Assembly: GCA_965153285.1 (NCBI GenBank) | Contig: OZ229118.1 | From: Podarcis tiliguerta | Taxonomy: Eukaryota | DNA: 64,000 nt | Strand: one strand, 5' to 3' | Part shown: one piece after another, positions 60,001 to 64,000 of the stretch | How the letters are laid out: each line of letters begins with the position of its first letter | How positions within the stretch are numbered: position 1 is the first letter of the stretch | Made by a program: the position numbers and the translations under genes | Notes under the pieces: generated by a model | What the model was told of the DNA's origin: nothing | Databases searched by the model: none | What the model saw: only the letters and a program-made list of their open reading frames with translations

Positions 60001-63000
60001 CACTTAAGCAAATCTTCCTAGTATGCTAGCATACTTTCCATACTTCTAATCCAAATATCATTTCCTAGTTTTGTACCATAACCTTATCCCCTATTCCTTT
60101 TCCCATATAAGATTTTTTTGAAGCAGCCTGAAGGTCTCATCTAAATTTTCTTGTTTTAGTTTCAGTTGTTTTTAACCTTTCGTCTTCTATATTGCTTACC
60201 TAGTATTTCAACATTTTATCTATAGCAATATGTCCTCAATCCTTGTTAGTCTATTACCAAATTTATTTTCTGTTCCTTCTATTGTCTTCATGCTCCCTCC
60301 CCAATGCACTCACGTAGCTCCACACGCCAAAATAAAAGAAGCTTTTTCATTCTCGTCCAACATGGCTCAGAATTGCTGGAGTTTGCCTGCACTCAGAAGA
60401 TTCCTCTCCAAAGAAAATCCTACATGCCAAATAGTTTTTTTAAAAAGAATACAGTAATCCAGAAAACATTTGTAAGCACTTTTAACAGCCACCTCACTCT
60501 AAGCAAAGCACTGAAACCCACAACTGGTCAGCTGAACTACTTACACGCTTAATACTGTGCACAAATGAAACAGAAGACAGACAGCTCTATGCCGAAGTCA
60601 GACAAGCAGACTATCCTGACGCCAAATCAAGTTGAGATAAGAAACACACTGCGGAACATTAGTTATTGTGCCCATTAATGTCGTTAGTTTTGAGACAAGT
60701 ACACAGCATGGGAAGCTGCTTCATCCGTTGTTGCCAAGTGGACTTTTCAGGAAGTCAAGGAAACCCTGGCCTTCAAAGTCTGGGAAAGAAAGTAATTCTC
60801 TTCTTTTCACAATGGCTTAATTCCCTCTTTATTCTGCTTTCCTGTTAAGCAAAATAGGATAAAGAAGCAGGGATGCAATGCAAGTGGAAAATATAATGGC
60901 CTTTGGACAAGTTCTGTCTAGTTAAAAGGCCATTATGGCTTGATTAACTCCACTCACTGGGGATTTCTCTGGCCCATTCTCTTCCTTTCTCCGCTGAGGA
61001 AACAAAAATATTGTCTTTCAGCCTATTTGTTTGCTAGTATCTGTCCCAAGTCCTTGAATTTCTGGAGAGTATGCAATCAGCATTTGATCAAAAAGTTGTT
61101 TTCTAGTTTGAATTAACACCAGAATGTCATTTAAAACCAAGTGGTAGGTTTTGATATTTGCACAGAGAAAGTCGGCCTCAAAATATTTATTGTTCAAGGA
61201 AGTTAAGTGCCCATCATTTAATGGGCACTGCTGAGAGTCTCGGGGGGATGAGGAGAACTGATGTATACTCACACCTATTAAAAGAATAAATGCACTGTTC
61301 CTGATCTTACACATTAGATATTACACAAAGCCTGCTCAGAGTGTTGATAATGAAAAGGGATTAACTTGTTGTTTTGTAAAAACCTGAATTTAAAAGCCTT
61401 CTTTCATAACGAGAACCAGTGTATTCTTACAAAATCCTTTTACAAACCTCTGGCATTATGGCACACTGACCAACTTTTTATAATAATAATAATAAATATA
61501 ATAAATTTTATTTATATCCCGCCCTCCCCAGCCGAAGCCGGGCTCAGGGCGGCTAACAACAATCAAATAATCCAACATTCTAAAAACATTTCATTATAAA
61601 AATTAATTAAAATCAAATTGATGGCAACCATTAAGCAAAATTCTGTGCAGATTGGCAGAGGAGGGAGTCAGGCTGCACCCTGACCAAAGGCCTGGTGGAA
61701 CAGCTCTGTCTTGCAGGCCCTGCGGAAAGATGTCAGGTCCCGCAGGGCCCTAGTCTCTTGTGACAGAGCGTTCCACCAGATTGGAGCCGCAGCCGAGAAA
61801 GCGCTGGCTCTAGTTGAGGCCAGCCTAACCTCTCTGTGGCCTGGGACCTTCAGGATGTTTTTATTTGCAGACCGTAAGTTCCTCTGTGGGACATACTAGG
61901 AGAGGCGGTCCCGTAGGTACGAGGGTCCTAGGCCGTATAGGGCTTTAAAGGTTAAAACCAGCACCTTAAACCTGATCCTGTACTCCACCGGGAGCCAGTG
62001 CAGCTGGTATAGTACCAGATGAATGTGATCTCGCAGTGAAGACCCCATAAGGAGTCTCGCTGCGGCATTCTGCACCCGCTGGAATTTCTGGGTCAGTCTC
62101 AAGGGCAGCACCACGTAGAGCGAGTTACAATAATCCAGTCTGGAGGTGACCGTCGCGTGGATCACAGTGGCTAGGTCAGGGCGAGAGAGATAAGGAGCCA
62201 ACTGCTTAGCTTGGCGGAGATGAAAAAATGCCGCCTTTGTTATAGCTGTAATCTGCGTCTCCATAGAGAGGGAGGTATCGAAGATTACACCCAAACTCTT
62301 AACGGACGGTGCTGGCACTAATTGCACCCCCGCAAGAGATGGGAGTTGCCCCCTCAATCCCATATCGTCCCGTCCCAGCCAGAGGACCTCTGTCTTCGAA
62401 AGATTTAACTTCAACCGGCTCCCACGTAAGCATCCAGCCACAGCTTCCAGACATCTGGTCAGTGTCTCTGGGGCCGAGTCAGGATGGCCATCCATCAACA
62501 TCAACAGATAGAGTTGGGTGTCATTGGCATACTGATGGCAACCCAGCCCAAAACTCCGGACAAGCTGGGCGAGGGGGCGCATAAAGATGTTAAAAAGCAT
62601 CGGGGAGAGTATCGCACCCTGCGGCACTCCACACACCAAGGAGTGGCGGGATGACAACTCCCCCCCAAGCGCCACCCTCTGTCCCCGACCAGAGAGAAAC
62701 GAGCGCAGCCATTGAAGGACTGTGCCCTGGATCCCCACGTCGGCAAGGCGGTGGTCCAGGAGTTCGTGATCGACCATGTCAAAGGCTGCTGACAGGTCTA
62801 GAAGAATCAGCAGCCCCGACCCACCTCGATCCAGCTGCCTGCGGAGATCATCTGTTAGGGCAACCAGAGCCATCTCGGTCCCATGACCAGCGCGGAAGCA
62901 TAAATTTGCATTTTTAATTGACACTGCACAGACATGAACGTACCTCTCATCTTTTAAAACACGCATCAGCTCGGGGTTCATATGACTTATTGTGTTTGAT

Positions 63001-64000
63001 TCAGGGTTCCTCCCATGCTGGGATCAAGCAGAAGCCTCTGCTGAAGAAAGGAGGGAGGAGGCGACTGCCATTAATTCCTCCCTCCTCTTGCACTATCTAC
63101 AAACAACTTTTCAGGGGCCACAAGTCATTGCATGGGGAAGGAGGAGTTAGCAAAAGTTGTGTCCCCCCCCACCCCCGCTTTCTGCCACTCACAGAACCCT
63201 AAAGCCAACCAATTGTAAATTGTGTCTCAGACAGGAGTTGTCTGGAAATTTCATTTTGTAATAGGAAAAGAAAAGGATTCTTATAACTTGATCTTCAATG
63301 CAGCTGCTTTGAAGTAAGTAGAATATAGAAATGATGAAGGGTGCTTACTTCCATAAATGTGTGCATCTGCAACATTACAGAAATCCAAATTAAAAAGCAA
63401 AAAGTCCTGGGAACATATTGTTATCATTGGGTTGGATTCAGTCGAGAATGGGAACTGAAATCATGACTATCATTTCACGCTGCTTCCAATAAGGCCTTAG
63501 GTTCAACTCACAATCCAGATCTAACCCATTTTGTTTCCATAGAATATAACATATAGAACATATAATTCTATCTAAAATGCGGAATTTTCTAAGTGGAATG
63601 TTTAGAACTTATAATAATGCTTTTTTAAAGTCCATTATTAACTTAAGAAGTAGTAGCTACTACATTTTTACCATAACCTACTTCTAAGAGGAAGCAAGGG
63701 GATATTCAGGAACAAGGAACAGCTTACTGAAATACTTGACTAGGGCCTCAATCTTGATCACAATATATCTAGCTAAAATAAGAAAAACGTGAAAAATGCA
63801 TTTCATACCATAAAGTTTGATGAAGCAGGTCTCTGATGTGGACCTTTCTACTCACCATCATCTCTGTCAGCTAAAATGGTTACTTTGGTGCTGGGGAATT
63901 CCGTTCCAATTTGTCCGCCCATTGGCATACTTAATGTGACGTTGAAAGTTTCATCTTCCTCATAAAGCGAATCATCAATAATGATGACACGGCAGGTTTC
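29393..64000 (-). CDS. FREM3: FREM3 (FRAS1-related extracellular matrix protein 3), 3' 19 exons (5' part outside window), long FREM2-like transmembrane form
   Basis: Exons in transcript order: 64000-63856 (partial), 50811-50662, 49575-49366, 48960-48763, 47882-47718, 47171-46989, 45905-45775, 45108-44950, 43883-43580, 42460-42329, 41996-41665, 36945-36753, 36334-36230, 36019-35892, 34824-34690, 33126-33000, 30910-30723, 30633-30487, 29923-29393. They splice to 3663 nt in one frame. Calx-beta repeats and a FREM2-like C-terminus ending DSSEV are present. Tail-to-tail synteny with SMARCA5 identifies the FREM3 locus, though pipelines may label it FREM2-like. Confidence 0.88.
30487..30633 (-). CDS. 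FREM3: FREM3 exon (DKAQPDTQA...[14 protein letters not shown])
   Basis: ctag acceptor, gtaacc donor. Confidence 0.93.
30723..30910 (-). CDS. FREM3: FREM3 exon ([27 protein letters not shown])
   Basis: ctag acceptor, gtatgt donor. Confidence 0.93.
31150..31500 (-). mobile_element. Degenerate L2-type LINE 3' fragment
   Basis: Translates [11 protein letters not shown]...LQQLHW. Confidence 0.6.
31503..31636. mobile_element. Short palindromic hAT-type MITE
   Basis: Near-perfect 25-bp inverted arms AACCTTTGGCCCTTCAGCTGTTGCT / AGCAACATCTGAAGGGCCAAAGGTT. Confidence 0.6.
32062..32287. mobile_element. Tc1/mariner (Tigger-like) MITE, 226 bp
   Basis: TIR CAGTGGTACCTC(T/G)GGTTACATAC, TA TSDs. Confidence 0.88.
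33000..33126 (-). CDS. FREM3: FREM3 exon ([33 protein letters not shown]), apparent GC donor
   Basis: atag acceptor; the frame-compatible end is followed by gcaaaa rather than gt. Confidence 0.85.
34331..34420. mobile_element. Tiny palindromic MITE-like element
   Basis: GGTTGTATCCAAT ... ATTGGATACAGCC inverted ends. Confidence 0.45.
34690..34824 (-). CDS. FREM3: FREM3 exon ([15 protein letters not shown]...DLDIRFQQ)
   Basis: gtag acceptor, gtaaaa donor. Confidence 0.93.
34886..34908. repeat. (CA)n microsatellite
   Basis: Directly visible. Confidence 0.95.
35892..36019 (-). CDS. FREM3: FREM3 exon ([15 protein letters not shown]...[10 protein letters not shown])
   Basis: acag acceptor, gtgagt donor. 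Confidence 0.92.
36230..36334 (-). CDS. FREM3: FREM3 exon ([22 protein letters not shown])
   Basis: ttag acceptor, gtaaga donor. Confidence 0.92.
36753..36945 (-). CDS. FREM3: FREM3 exon ([22 protein letters not shown])
   Basis: gcag acceptor, gtgatt donor. Confidence 0.93.
38343..38688 (+). mobile_element. Sauria SINE, full length
   Basis: gcgggtggcgctgtgggttaaacc head, gattcgaatcccc B-box, tttacc tail, 14-bp TSD TAAGCAGCACATAA (38329-38342 / 38689-38702). Confidence 0.93.
41665..41996 (-). CDS. FREM3: FREM3 exon ([17 protein letters not shown]...[16 protein letters not shown])
   Basis: tcag acceptor, gtatgc donor. Confidence 0.93.
42329..42460 (-). CDS. FREM3: FREM3 exon ([21 protein letters not shown]...MPHMD)
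   Basis: gtag acceptor, gtaagt donor. Confidence 0.93.
43580..43883 (-). CDS. FREM3: FREM3 exon ([16 protein letters not shown]...[11 protein letters not shown])
   Basis: tcag acceptor, gtaagg donor. Confidence 0.93.
44408..44552. repeat. Perfect inverted repeat, 65-bp arms, 15-nt spacer, MIR-like sequence
   Basis: 44408-44472 is the exact reverse complement of 44488-44552. Confidence 0.95.
44690..44862 (-). mobile_element. CR1-type LINE 3' end
   Basis: catagaactgtagagttggaagggatcc... tail; the same family occurs at ~13260-13320, 49658-50290, 52300-52420 and 53507-53615. Confidence 0.7.
44950..45108 (-). CDS. FREM3: FREM3 exon ([10 protein letters not shown]...GYPVVCVT)
   Basis: tcag acceptor, gtatgc donor. 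Confidence 0.93.
45775..45905 (-). CDS. FREM3: FREM3 exon ([28 protein letters not shown])
   Basis: tcag acceptor, gtaaga donor. Confidence 0.93.
46280..46533. mobile_element. hAT MITE (254 bp) nested in an old L2 fragment (~46200-46800)
   Basis: TIRs CAAGGGTAGGCAAAC / GTTTGCTGACCCCTG; perfect 8-bp TSD CTTTAGCT (46272-46279 / 46534-46541). Confidence 0.88.
46902..46937. repeat. (GT)n microsatellite
   Basis: Directly visible. Confidence 0.95.
46989..47171 (-). CDS. FREM3: FREM3 exon ([10 protein letters not shown]...[12 protein letters not shown])
   Basis: gcag acceptor, gtgaga donor; Calx-beta. Confidence 0.93.
47718..47882 (-). CDS. FREM3: FREM3 exon ([27 protein letters not shown])
   Basis: gcag acceptor, gtgagt donor. 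Confidence 0.93.
48029..48061. repeat. (GT)n microsatellite
   Basis: Directly visible. Confidence 0.95.
48763..48960 (-). CDS. FREM3: FREM3 exon ([10 protein letters not shown]...[16 protein letters not shown])
   Basis: ctag acceptor, gtaagc donor; Calx-beta. Confidence 0.93.
49366..49575 (-). CDS. FREM3: FREM3 exon ([13 protein letters not shown]...FINDTITD)
   Basis: gtag acceptor, gtaagt donor. Confidence 0.93.
49658..50290 (-). mobile_element. CR1-type LINE fragment including the 3' tail
   Basis: catagaatgatagaattgtagagttggaaggg tail followed by decayed ORF2-like sequence. Confidence 0.7.
50662..50811 (-). CDS. FREM3: FREM3 exon ([33 protein letters not shown])
   Basis: ctag acceptor, gtgaat donor; Calx-beta. 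Confidence 0.93.
55815..56255 (+). mobile_element. Tigger1-like (pogo/TcMar-Tigger) internally deleted DNA transposon, 441 bp
   Basis: TIRs CGGGTATACCTCA / TGAGGTATGCCTG, TA TSDs; the 3' ~280 bp closely resembles the Tigger1 3' end as recalled. Confidence 0.8.
61480..62899 (-). mobile_element. L2-clade LINE, 5'-truncated, relatively young, RT domain inactivated
   Basis: Open frame with [21 protein letters not shown] and [10 protein letters not shown]; YADD is changed to YAND; premature TAG at 61896-61898; (TTA)n-type tail at 61480-61495; many CpGs retained. Confidence 0.9.
63856..64000 (-). CDS. FREM3: FREM3 exon (partial), Calx-beta: [29 protein letters not shown]
   Basis: Donor G|gtgagt; Calx-beta IIDD..YE..E.F.V.L motif. 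Confidence 0.92.

Noticed and set aside
61896-62981. 361-aa reverse-transcriptase ORF as a host gene or retron-like system
   Set aside because: It is a truncated L2 LINE with a mutated YADD, and the ORF start lies in flanking non-element sequence
29393-64000. Calling the minus-strand gene FREM2
   Set aside because: The architecture is FREM2-like, but tail-to-tail synteny with SMARCA5 and FREM3-like residues (TILADR.D, KTTIFI.DTITD) favour FREM3. A phylogeny is still needed.

Overview
This is vertebrate genomic DNA, not prokaryotic. The repeats (Sauria SINEs, BovB, Squam3-like, CR1, L2) indicate a squamate reptile, probably a lacertid lizard. The window holds two convergent multi-exon genes. 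(1) A complete SMARCA5 (SNF2H/ISWI) on the + strand: CpG-island promoter at about 3.8-5.6 kb and 24 GT-AG coding exons from 4706 to 26275, which splice by hand to 3111 nt (1036 aa plus stop). (2) The 3' part of FREM3 on the - strand: 19 exons from beyond 64000 down to 29393, about 1220 aa in the window. Unlike the truncated mammalian FREM3, it keeps the full FREM2-like C-terminal half, with extra Calx-beta domains, furin-like sites, a transmembrane helix and a PDZ-binding DSSEV tail. The introns carry many transposable elements. The most notable observations are: the long membrane-anchored FREM3 and the splice donor whose read-through resembles the mammalian short end; a young 764-bp solo LTR that is almost filled by a once-frameshifted ORF and sits 77 bp upstream of a SMARCA5 exon; a perfect 65-bp-arm palindrome built from an old SINE; an inverted MITE pair bracketing SMARCA5 exons 2-4; a mammalian-Tigger1-like element; and a weak GC splice donor in FREM3. 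Family names and comparisons with human proteins come from recall, not database searches.
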